Virus record (IMG/VR): IMGVR_UViG_3300025674_000129
Coordinates: 1-38,456 of that record
Direction: 5' to 3' (one strand)
DNA from: a virus
Taxonomy: Duplodnaviria > Caudoviricetes
DNA length: 38,456 nucleotides
Shown here: in pieces, positions 1 to 7,585 of the stretch
Layout of the letters: each line of letters starts with the position of its first letter
Numbering within the stretch: the stretch's first letter is position 1
The notes under the pieces: model-generated
Database searches by the model: none
The model's input: the letters and a program-made list of their open reading frames with translations, nothing else
What the model was told of the DNA's origin: nothing
Translations under genes and position numbers: made by a program

Positions 1-62
1 TTGTGTACCGCTTCCAAAAGCTCTTTCTTGAAAGACGTACACATTGCAGTCGTGATAGCCAT
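1..62 (-). CDS. 5' part of a probable virion structural protein (runs off the left edge)
   Basis: ATG at 62 overlaps the upstream stop (TAATG); reads MAITTAMCTSFKKELLEAVH and stays open to the window edge. Confidence 0.65.
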   Translation of the reverse strand, partial: MAITTAMCTSFKKELLEAVH

Positions 63-352
63 TATAGACTCCTTATGATGTTCGCCATATCAGCATGGCC
101 TTGGTTTTCAAATTCAGCGGCAAGAGTGACTCTGTCACTACGAATCGCTTCTTTGATATAAAAGAAGACCGTCGCCCTGACAGCCCTCTTGAATTCGTTT
201 GCTTGTTCTGCAATTGCAGGATGGCAGTTTCCGCCAACACTAACAATCCTATCTGCGGCTGAATCAGCCCAGAAGTCTGGATCGTGACCCTTGTTATCTG
301 TCGTTGAGACAAGGACGTTGCCTATGCCCATTTCTGAAGGTGTGATAAGCAC
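62..352 (-). CDS. hypothetical phage protein
   Basis: 96-aa ORF tightly packed in the structural operon. Confidence 0.7.
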   Translation of the reverse strand: MLITPSEMGIGNVLVSTTDNKGHDPDFWADSAADRIVSVGGNCHPAIAEQANEFKRAVRATVFFYIKEAIRSDRVTLAAEFENQGHADMANIIRSL

Positions 353-356
353 TCAG

Positions 357-1001
357 CTACATCCTTTCTGAACGAACCATACCGGCTCTGTAATTATCCG
401 TTGTGCTGTAACCCTCGCCCAAAGACTTGAGGTCAGCCAAAGCCGTCTCATATCTAGTGGCGTAAAGTTGCATCATATCTTGTTCTGTCTTCAAAAACGT
501 CCCAGCCTCTATCAGGCTTCCATAAAGCAAGGCTTCTTCTGCATTAGACCCTAGCCAGCTAGTGCCGTCTGACGCCTCTGTAATTGATTGAGGCGCATAG
601 AAATAATGAAGCTCTACGGTAATGTTATCATTGGGTGTTGGGCCTAGTATGAACGTCGTATCATCAAACAGTGCGTAATACTTTGGCGTTCCCGTAGTGC
701 TTGCTACCGGATACGCCTGACGAATGAAGTTTACGTCTTTAATTATCAGATAGTCGTAACCAGACGTAGGCGTAATAGCTAGAGAATACGGAGATAAAAA
801 GTCCGAAGGAGTCTCTAGGTACGAGTTGCCTGACGTTGTAACCCCGTTAACTGCTTTGCGAAAGTTAGGCAACTGGACAGCTTTAAGTATTCTATCTTCC
901 GCCTGCCGAATAATAAGCGGTAAGTTTGATACCAGCGTGGTCTCAGTGCTCTCCAAGTAGTCCTGAATAGCAGACTTGAGTGTAGTGAATGTAAGGGCCA
1001 T
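357..1001 (-). CDS. putative head-tail adaptor / tail tubular protein
   Basis: 214 aa; GTPKYY...GPTP...ELHY...YGSL pattern typical of podovirus adaptor proteins; lies downstream of the capsid genes. Confidence 0.6.
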   Translation of the reverse strand: MALTFTTLKSAIQDYLESTETTLVSNLPLIIRQAEDRILKAVQLPNFRKAVNGVTTSGNSYLETPSDFLSPYSLAITPTSGYDYLIIKDVNFIRQAYPVASTTGTPKYYALFDDTTFILGPTPNDNITVELHYFYAPQSITEASDGTSWLGSNAEEALLYGSLIEAGTFLKTEQDMMQLYATRYETALADLKSLGEGYSTTDNYRAGMVRSERM

Positions 1002-1315
1002 CAGCTTGTTGCCACCGTGACTCGGCCTACATCACCCGTCATGCCCAAACCCACCTGACCCACAGGATCAAATGACGATAGGATTCTGCTCTCATCCAAA
1101 GATCTGTCGGGTCTTGGGTTCAAGAGAGGCTTAGGATCGTCAAGCAAAAGCTTGCCAACCTGTAGCTGCGGCTGGTCTGGATCGACAACATCTTTGCCAA
1201 TCAAGAACCCTGTAGGTCTTTGGTTAAAAATTTCAGGCACAAGATCTCTAAGCGGATACCTGAACCCAGTTCGATCACAATAGCCGTAAGCGTACTTGCC
1301 CTTTGCTCTACTCAA
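1001..1315 (-). CDS. hypothetical virion-module protein
   Basis: 104 aa with CDRTGFRYP motif; translationally coupled on both sides. Confidence 0.65.
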   Translation of the reverse strand: MSRAKGKYAYGYCDRTGFRYPLRDLVPEIFNQRPTGFLIGKDVVDPDQPQLQVGKLLLDDPKPLLNPRPDRSLDESRILSSFDPVGQVGLGMTGDVGRVTVATS

Positions 1316-2004
1316 AAGGTATACCCTCCCGGCGAAACAAACAGAGAAGCCTTGTTGCGATCAGACTCAGAGGCAAGCTTCCATTGCTCCTCGTAATCCA
1401 TCTTCAACGCTTGCGCTCTGGCCCCAGCTTGGGGGTACTTCATGCTTAACTGATACGCCAAACCGCTCACCAAGCAGGGTAAGAATCTAGCTGGAACGTC
1501 TATATTGTTCGACGCAGGGCTTCCTGCATCTTCAATCCGCTCCATGTAGTAATACCCAAACGAGTAGGTCTCTTGCGCGTCAGGCGTAGGCCACAGGTTG
1601 ATCGTGATATTGTCTGCGTTTCGATCAACGAAGTACTGAAGAGGCTTGCTTTGCGACAGCTTGTTGGGAAGGTTTGAGTACTGACTCACCGAAATGCGGG
1701 TCATCGACTGATCAAACTGCGAGTTCGTATCGCCTGCATCTGTGCGTATGAACGCTTCGATGATGTCTAAAACCTTGCCATCCAGTGTATAGGTGTTAGT
1801 ACCGGCAGTGAGTGCTTGCGTCCCAAACTCAACAGTCCAGAGATTTAACCCTCTGTTCTGCCACTCAAGCATCATCAGGTTTAGGCTGCGCCTAGCTGTC
1901 TTGTAGTCATACCCACTACGAAGCTCTAATCCTGCCCTCTCGAAAGCCTCTTCCATAGAATCGGATAGGTCGAGATTAAATGTAAATGTATTGCTAGTAG
2001 CCAC
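1312..2004 (-). CDS. putative head-tail adaptor / tail tubular protein A-like
   Basis: 230 aa, GTG start preceded by GGAGG; ARRSLNLM...W.NRG and LWPTP motifs; structural-operon position. Confidence 0.6.
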   Translation of the reverse strand: MATSNTFTFNLDLSDSMEEAFERAGLELRSGYDYKTARRSLNLMMLEWQNRGLNLWTVEFGTQALTAGTNTYTLDGKVLDIIEAFIRTDAGDTNSQFDQSMTRISVSQYSNLPNKLSQSKPLQYFVDRNADNITINLWPTPDAQETYSFGYYYMERIEDAGSPASNNIDVPARFLPCLVSGLAYQLSMKYPQAGARAQALKMDYEEQWKLASESDRNKASLFVSPGGYTF

Positions 2005-2007
2005 TTA

Positions 2008-2091
2008 CTACCTCCGATTCTTCTTAGCTTTTGGCTTCTTTGCCTTGGGCTTGTTAATTTGTTGTTTCTGTTGCGCTCGGCTTATTGGCAT
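2008..2091 (-). CDS. 27-aa Lys-rich peptide (not in the ORF track)
   Basis: MPISRAQQKQQINKPKAKKPKAKKNRR*; ATG overlaps the upstream TGA (TGATG) and the ORF fills the gap between two genes. Confidence 0.6.
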   Translation of the reverse strand: MPISRAQQKQQINKPKAKKPKAKKNRR

Positions 2092-2423
2092 CAGCTTTTA
2101 CCAAACTTCTGCTTCTGCGACTTAGGGGGGCTTTTCTTACTGCCACCTTTGCCAGACCAAAACATCTTGTTAGCCCAGTATGCGGCTGATGTCTTGCCCT
2201 TCTTAATGTTCTTTGCATGACGAGCCTTGAAGCTTTTACGAGCCTCGTCTGAGTAATTGTGGCCCATCTTCTGATCACCAAATCGGATGATCTTCATCTT
2301 GCCTGCATCACGCACAGCAACCACGCCTTTCTTTGTGGCGTGGCTTGGTGTCCTCTTGGGCTTATTCAGCCCCTGTAGACCGACCTTCTTTAGCCGGTTC
2401 TTTTCCGCATCGGTCAAGCTCAT
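2091..2423 (-). CDS. small highly basic protein (DUF6321-like)
   Basis: 110 aa, K/R-rich; IIRFG...RKSFKARH...SAAYWA motif. Confidence 0.65.
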   Translation of the reverse strand: MSLTDAEKNRLKKVGLQGLNKPKRTPSHATKKGVVAVRDAGKMKIIRFGDQKMGHNYSDEARKSFKARHAKNIKKGKTSAAYWANKMFWSGKGGSKKSPPKSQKQKFGKS

Positions 2424-2674
2424 TTACGATGCCTCGCTGTTTTCTTGGCAATCTTCTTAGGCTGGCTTGAGTGCTGCTTGCCTTTTTTTGTGTCGGCTCG
2501 TTTCTTTCTACTTGTAGCAGCGTACTCCGCATCTGATAGAGCCGCTCTAGCCTTCTTCGGGAGATACCTTTCACCTGTCGCTTTCTTTCCTTGTGTCGAT
2601 GGTTTGCCTGACTTGGTTCCCCATTCTTGCTTTGTCCACTTCTTCAGCGACTTTTGCGACTTCTTGAGAGGCAT
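2420..2674 (-). CDS. small highly basic protein
   Basis: 84 aa; QKSLKKWTKQEW and ERYLPKKA motifs; coupled start/stop. Confidence 0.7.
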   Translation of the reverse strand: MPLKKSQKSLKKWTKQEWGTKSGKPSTQGKKATGERYLPKKARAALSDAEYAATSRKKRADTKKGKQHSSQPKKIAKKTARHRK

Positions 2675-2859
2675 TAGTTTTTGTAACCCCCGCCAGATTC
2701 CTTGTAACGTTTAGCCAGCATCTGCGCTTTACGCGCAGACCACTGCCCCGGCTTGCCGCCCTTGCCGCTTGCCTTTATAGAGTTGAACAGCCTCTTGCGT
2801 AAGGCTGGCTTCGTATAGTTGCCAGCCTCGTTTACGCGAGACTTCTTCTTCTCAGCCAC
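2674..2859 (-). CDS. small basic protein (DUF5872-like)
   Basis: 61 aa; YTKP.LR...GGKPGQWSARKAQ...Y...GGGY motif. Confidence 0.65.
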   Translation of the reverse strand: MAEKKKSRVNEAGNYTKPALRKRLFNSIKASGKGGKPGQWSARKAQMLAKRYKESGGGYKN

Positions 2860-3263
2860 TAGAAGTGCTTCCTTACCTGCATAACGATAACGTACACGTT
2901 GCCCGAACTGGCACTGACAGTAGAGAACTGGATGTCTCCAGTAACGCCACTACCAGCGTTGTTAGGGATGCCTGTGAAGTCAGTGAAGTCAAACGTCCTA
3001 GCATCATCTGCCTTTAGCTGCCAAGCCAAGACATCACTCGAAGCGTCAAATAAGATCTTTACGCCCATCCCTACGGTGGTGTATTGGATCTTTTCAATCG
3101 ATACCTTGGTGCAAGCCGCGCCCGTAACAGGGTCAGCGGCCAATGCAGAAACATCGATCTTTGTTACTGCCGATTCACCAGTGCCATCACTGACATTTGT
3201 GAACCGGAATATCGCAGTACTACCATTGTCTTGAATGGTTTGTGTTGCTACTGCATCAGCCAT
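2859..3263 (-). CDS. putative virion structural protein
   Basis: 134 aa, T/S/G/V-rich, with GGAGG RBS; downstream of the capsid gene. Confidence 0.65.
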   Translation of the reverse strand: MADAVATQTIQDNGSTAIFRFTNVSDGTGESAVTKIDVSALAADPVTGAACTKVSIEKIQYTTVGMGVKILFDASSDVLAWQLKADDARTFDFTDFTGIPNNAGSGVTGDIQFSTVSASSGNVYVIVMQVRKHF

Positions 3264-3275
3264 GACAACCTCCTA

Positions 3276-3797
3276 TTAGGAATCAGCAAACGCTGGAGCA
3301 TCGGCTCCTTCAGCATAGCCCCAGACATACCAACTGTCGCCATCTTTAGCGACAAAGTTAATCTCGAAGATGCCGAAGTCGGTCAACGTAAGCTTGCGAT
3401 TTGAGTTTCCATCTGAGTAGACAGACACGTTATCTGCATCTGAATCCAGATGAACGATGCCGCCTTGGATGAAGTTAGACGTGGAACCAGTATCAAAGAT
3501 AACGTTCTCAGTCTCTTCAGCAGCGCCGCCGTAGATGAACTTGAAATTGATACCGGCAACTGGTGCTGGCAGGGTCAAGGTTCGATTTGCTGTTACCGCA
3601 GGAACAACGATAGTGCGGCTGCCATGCTCTGCTGCCGTAATAGTAGTGTCTGCATCGGTCAGTAGTACCGGCGCAGCAATAAGTCCAGAGTTATCAAGCT
3701 GGAACGAGGTGGTTACCTCTCCAGAAGTTGAGTTCTTTGAAACAACCTTGAATCCATTTTGGGAGCGTACCGCTCCTGTGAAAGTCGAATTACCCAT
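3276..3797 (-). CDS. putative virion structural (head decoration/fibre-like) protein
   Basis: 173 aa, beta-type composition, AGGAG RBS; first gene after the capsid terminator. Confidence 0.6.
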   Translation of the reverse strand: MGNSTFTGAVRSQNGFKVVSKNSTSGEVTTSFQLDNSGLIAAPVLLTDADTTITAAEHGSRTIVVPAVTANRTLTLPAPVAGINFKFIYGGAAEETENVIFDTGSTSNFIQGGIVHLDSDADNVSVYSDGNSNRKLTLTDFGIFEINFVAKDGDSWYVWGYAEGADAPAFADS

Positions 3798-3825
3798 TGT
3801 AGTCTCCTGTCTGGGTTAGTCCTTA

Positions 3826-3841
3826 TGTTCCACGTGGAACA
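3826..3841. promoter_or_regulatory. parS: parS-type centromere palindrome TGTTCCACGTGGAACA
   Basis: perfect 16-bp palindrome matching the bacterial chromosomal parS consensus TGTTNCACGTGNAACA; intergenic. Confidence 0.65.
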
Positions 3842-3851
3842 ATCGGTCAGG

Positions 3852-3879
3852 AAAAAGGGCGGCCCCCGAAGGGGCCACC
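3852..3879 (-). terminator. intrinsic terminator after the major capsid gene
   Basis: minus strand GGTGGCCCC-TTCG-GGGGCCGCC-CTTTTT, 16 nt after the capsid stop codon. Confidence 0.85.
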
Positions 3880-3895
3880 AAACTCTTCCTAGCTA

Positions 3896-4804
3896 CTAGC
3901 TAGATCCGGGTGATCCATAGATACCCAGAGGGTCAGAAACGCCGAAGCTGTAACGTTCACGCGCTTTGTAGCGCACGTTGCCAGTATCGAAGTCACCGTC
4001 CATTGAAGTTTCAAGCGAAGTACGCTCGAAGTGCTTCATGCCATTTGGCACATCAGTGATCAAGAAGAAAGCGTTGCTGTCAGTCAGGTAGTGATTGACT
4101 GCATAGCCTTCTGGGATCGCACCCATGTTGCGGATAGCATTGATGTCGTTGTCGCTGGTCGCAACACGCTGAGTCGTTTCAAGCAGACGATCTGCCGTAA
4201 ACATCAAAGCGGGTGGTACGATCAAACGGCGAGGACGCGCTGCAATAAGAAGACCACGCTCATCGGTGAACGCAGCAATCTCAATGATCGCATTTTCCAG
4301 TGACGTTTCGTTCAAGTCAGCACCAGTGGACGGACGGTTGGAGTTAGTTCCACCGTTGACCAAAGGATGTGAAGCATTGAACAGAGTTACACCGTCTCCA
4401 GATTGGAAGCTGGTGAAACCATTGTTCAACAAGTTTGCCGCCTTCACCTGCTTGGTGTACGCCATAGCGCGAGAAAGCGCCTTGGTGTAACGAGCAGAAA
4501 GTGAATCGTACAAATTGTCTTCCATCGCTTCCTCGGTGATCGCAAAGCCCATCGAAATGGTCTCGTGATTGTACCGAGCGGTGTAAGACTCTTGAGCGGA
4601 GTCGTAGCTGGTAGCCGCGCCTTCTGCTTTCACAGGGGCAGCAGCGAAGCCAGACAACTTCACTTCTTCCTCGAAAGAACGATCAGAGCTTTCAGTCTCA
4701 TAAATGAGAGTGTGCTCGTCCTCGTACTTTTCATACTCCAAACCAAAAAGAGCATTAAGCCCCGGCAGGAGTTCTTTAAGCATTTGCGCTCTTGAGATAG
4801 CCAT
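3896..4804 (-). CDS. major capsid protein (HK97 fold expected)
   Basis: 302 aa; MAISRAQMLKELLPGLNALFGLEY N-terminus and KARERYSFG.SDP.G..GSPG C-terminus are typical of this capsid family; followed by a terminator. Confidence 0.9.
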   Translation of the reverse strand: MAISRAQMLKELLPGLNALFGLEYEKYEDEHTLIYETESSDRSFEEEVKLSGFAAAPVKAEGAATSYDSAQESYTARYNHETISMGFAITEEAMEDNLYDSLSARYTKALSRAMAYTKQVKAANLLNNGFTSFQSGDGVTLFNASHPLVNGGTNSNRPSTGADLNETSLENAIIEIAAFTDERGLLIAARPRRLIVPPALMFTADRLLETTQRVATSDNDINAIRNMGAIPEGYAVNHYLTDSNAFFLITDVPNGMKHFERTSLETSMDGDFDTGNVRYKARERYSFGVSDPLGIYGSPGSS

Positions 4805-4816
4805 TGCCTAAACCTC

Positions 4817-5395
4817 CTATACGCCAGTGGTGGTAACGTACTGATGACCAACGTTAAATTTAACGATTACATCAGTGAAGCTATCACCAGCCGAACTAGT
4901 TGGCCCATCTACAAAATCAATGATTCGCAGTGGGAGTGTGTTTGTTGTTGCAGCAGTGCTTGCGTCAACAGCGTTCTTGCTTCGACCAATAGAGGTAGAA
5001 CCAGCGGTTTGAACAACCGCTGCGTTGTTACCCAGAGTAGTCTGAGCGAGAGACGCATCGCCTTGCATACGCATCAACACGTTGGGGTCATCAACCACAT
5101 AAGCCACAATGTCACTTGCAGAAGTAGACGCTGGGTATGTTTGGCTGAAAGTCTTTTGGTTTGTGTTGGGATCGGTGTACGCGCAACCAACAAAAACTCC
5201 TACAGGAGTCAAAGTTGCAGTACCCGTGTCCTTTTCAACGACACCATCAGACACCAATTTTACGAAATCTCCGTAAAAAATGGCGGTGCTATAACCACTT
5301 GCAATCTTGATGTGGCGAATCTTCCCGGTAAACGAGCCGCTCGCACTCAAGGTATCAACTGGTTCCGCACCTGTTGGGGCAGCAGAAGTAGCCAT
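4817..5395 (-). CDS. putative capsid decoration/cement protein
   Basis: 192 aa, A/T/S/G-rich, IFYGDFV and GVFVGC.YTDP motifs; directly upstream of the capsid gene. Confidence 0.6.
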   Translation of the reverse strand: MATSAAPTGAEPVDTLSASGSFTGKIRHIKIASGYSTAIFYGDFVKLVSDGVVEKDTGTATLTPVGVFVGCAYTDPNTNQKTFSQTYPASTSASDIVAYVVDDPNVLMRMQGDASLAQTTLGNNAAVVQTAGSTSIGRSKNAVDASTAATTNTLPLRIIDFVDGPTSSAGDSFTDVIVKFNVGHQYVTTTGV

Positions 5396-5436
5396 AATTG
5401 GCCTCCTAGTTAATAATAACTAACCCCTGCTAAGGG

Positions 5437-5889
5437 TTAGCCTTTTCCAAAGGTAGTCCTAGTGCTTCGCTCTGGATTGAGCATCGGCATTCTAGGATCG
5501 TTTTCTCTGAGATAGTTATTGTCAACCGAAGCCATCTGATTTTCAGCAGCCTGCTGGAAGTGTCTTGATCTAGCTTCCATTGTTTCCGCAGGAGCCTTAC
5601 ACAACAGCAATCCGCCAACCTCAATGTTTCCTTGGAAACGTGAGCCTACATCAGACTCAAGCATCAGTTCTGGATGATCTTCCGCCCTTACAGGCTCCCA
5701 TCCTTCCCTGAACATCTTGGAAACGTGAGTGTTGTCAGACTGACCTAACAGTGAAGTCTTAACCCACCGGAACACATAGCCGTCTTGCGGCTTTGGATCT
5801 GGCAGTATGGAAGCTGGCTTCCATGAATCACTTGGTCGTTCAATACTTTCACGAGATTTACTTTCTCTTGGGGTGCGCTCTTCAGACAT
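5437..5889 (-). CDS. head-module hypothetical protein
   Basis: 150 aa; FRWV...REGWEPV...GGLLLCK motifs; between scaffold and capsid genes. Confidence 0.7.
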   Translation of the reverse strand: MSEERTPRESKSRESIERPSDSWKPASILPDPKPQDGYVFRWVKTSLLGQSDNTHVSKMFREGWEPVRAEDHPELMLESDVGSRFQGNIEVGGLLLCKAPAETMEARSRHFQQAAENQMASVDNNYLRENDPRMPMLNPERSTRTTFGKG

Positions 5890-6953
5890 TACGAGGTCTC
5901 CTTAGCGAGTTGCCTCGCGTACTGTTCCGGGGTTAAACCCAGTCTCTTAGCGAGAGAGATCTGAGTAGCCGTTAACCGTAATTTGCGCGGTTTAGCACCG
6001 TTACTCCTTGCGGAGGGTGCCACCACCGACGAGGGCTGACCGGCAGTCACGGATGCGTCACGGCTATATGATTCGCCTTTATCCTGCCAGTCGTATTCTG
6101 GAAACGCGCTTCTTAGGCGCGAATCAATCTGTCTGAAGTACTCAGCACTATTGGGCTGAATACCTCTTTTAATCAATGCTGCATGGGTTCCATACGCAAG
6201 GCTAGTCATTTCTTCATAGCCTTCCTGCATAAACCACGAGTTGCGACCCGCCCAATCTTCCGCTTCAGGGCTTACCTGAGGCTCTGGTTGAGCTTGCTGC
6301 GCCACGCTTTGTGCTGCTTGTTGTGCAATCTGTTGTTGTTGCCAAGCTTCTACCTGCTGCTCTCGCTGCGCTTGATTAGAGGCTAGGTTGTTCTCATACC
6401 TCTCTGCCTCGCCAAACTCAGCTTGTGCTCGATTTAGGCTTTCTTGAGCCGAGATAAGTCGATCTGTGTCGCCTTCCTCGTATGCCTGCTTGTAATTATT
6501 ACGAGCATCTTGCAGTGAAAGTTCCGCCTTAGCCTTAATCTGAGCTACCAAGGCTGCTTCGCCTCGATTGATTAGGGCTTCATTCTCTTGATTACGCTTG
6601 TTTAACTGCTCCGCGACCCGTACCGCTTCTTCCCGCATACGCTCTGCTGCTTCACGCTTCCTGCGCTCTTCATGCTGCTCGTATCGAAGCTTGTTGATTC
6701 GCTTCTGTACCTTGTCGCTGTATCCAGCAAGCTCTTCATCATCATCGTCAATACCGACAGAAGTATCCGAAGCCTCTGCCTTTGGCGGCCTACGATCTTC
6801 TTCAGTCCTTTCATCAATGACTTCAAGCTCGAACTCACCCTGCTCTTCGGGAGACTCGCTAGATTTTTTACCAATCTGCGTCTTGATGCCAAAGAACTTA
6901 TCCTCAGAACTCATGGGCTGTTCTGGTTGTACGTCCATTTCTGCTTCACTCAT
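5889..6953 (-). CDS. putative capsid scaffolding protein
   Basis: 354 aa; acidic N-terminus, coiled-coil centre, C-terminal AKRLGLTPEQYA motif; between portal and capsid genes. Confidence 0.65.
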   Translation of the reverse strand: MSEAEMDVQPEQPMSSEDKFFGIKTQIGKKSSESPEEQGEFELEVIDERTEEDRRPPKAEASDTSVGIDDDDEELAGYSDKVQKRINKLRYEQHEERRKREAAERMREEAVRVAEQLNKRNQENEALINRGEAALVAQIKAKAELSLQDARNNYKQAYEEGDTDRLISAQESLNRAQAEFGEAERYENNLASNQAQREQQVEAWQQQQIAQQAAQSVAQQAQPEPQVSPEAEDWAGRNSWFMQEGYEEMTSLAYGTHAALIKRGIQPNSAEYFRQIDSRLRSAFPEYDWQDKGESYSRDASVTAGQPSSVVAPSARSNGAKPRKLRLTATQISLAKRLGLTPEQYARQLAKETS

Positions 6954-7327
6954 ACCTTAATAATCCCCCTTGGATCTTCTACGACGGCCTCTACGGAGTC
7001 ATCGTTGATTAATCGAAACTCTTTTCCATGAACCTTGAATCTAGTTCCAGAGTAAGAGCGCATGATTATCCAGTCGCCCTCGTTACAGTAAGGGCCATTA
7101 GGGAACCGACTAGGGTCATTGTAAGCATCTGCTCCCATCTTGAGAACCATGCCGACAATAGACCCTACTTCCTCATCGTGCAGAGTGGTTGCAGCCTTTA
7201 GGATGCCGCCCTCAGTTTTTTCGTCGGGGTTTGGTAAAGCAATTAACAGTTTGTAGCCTTGCGGCTCAGGCAACTGATTAGCCTTGCGGGATTCATCTGT
7301 CCCGATATCTTCTAATGCTTCAGACAT
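6950..7327 (-). CDS. groES: co-chaperonin GroES (Cpn10) family protein
   Basis: P.GYKLLI...KTEGGIL...G.VLKMG...GD....YSGT...G.EFRLINDD.V.AVV motifs. Confidence 0.85.
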   Translation of the reverse strand: MSEALEDIGTDESRKANQLPEPQGYKLLIALPNPDEKTEGGILKAATTLHDEEVGSIVGMVLKMGADAYNDPSRFPNGPYCNEGDWIIMRSYSGTRFKVHGKEFRLINDDSVEAVVEDPRGIIKV

Positions 7328-7339
7328 TAGCTTTCCTTT

Positions 7340-7372
7340 CGCACTGGAAATTAGCGTCCAGAGTCGCTTGCG
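7340..7372 (-). promoter_or_regulatory. candidate RNA pseudoknot abutting the groES RBS
   Basis: minus strand CGCA-AGCG-ACU-CUGGA-CGCU-AAUU-UCCAG-UGCG: three complementary segment pairs, two of them crossing. Confidence 0.45.
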
Positions 7373-7387
7373 TTACCTGACGTAACG

Positions 7388-7585
7388 TTATTCAGACTCG
7401 TACTTTTCAGCCAAGTCTAGAATCTCTCTCTCAGCGATGGCTAAACCTTCAATGATTCCACACAACTTAGTGTACTCACTGTAGTCTTTACACGCGCCAC
7501 CGCTAATGAAGTCTGCATATTCGTTCATTTTTTCGCGCAGGTTACCCTGCATGTACTGGAATACGTTCTGAGAACTACTTGTCAT
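7388..7585 (-). CDS. hypothetical protein
   Basis: probable start MTSSSQNV at 7585 overlapping the portal end; Y.EY..LCG.IEGL motif. Confidence 0.65.
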   Translation of the reverse strand: MTSSSQNVFQYMQGNLREKMNEYADFISGGACKDYSEYTKLCGIIEGLAIAEREILDLAEKYESE

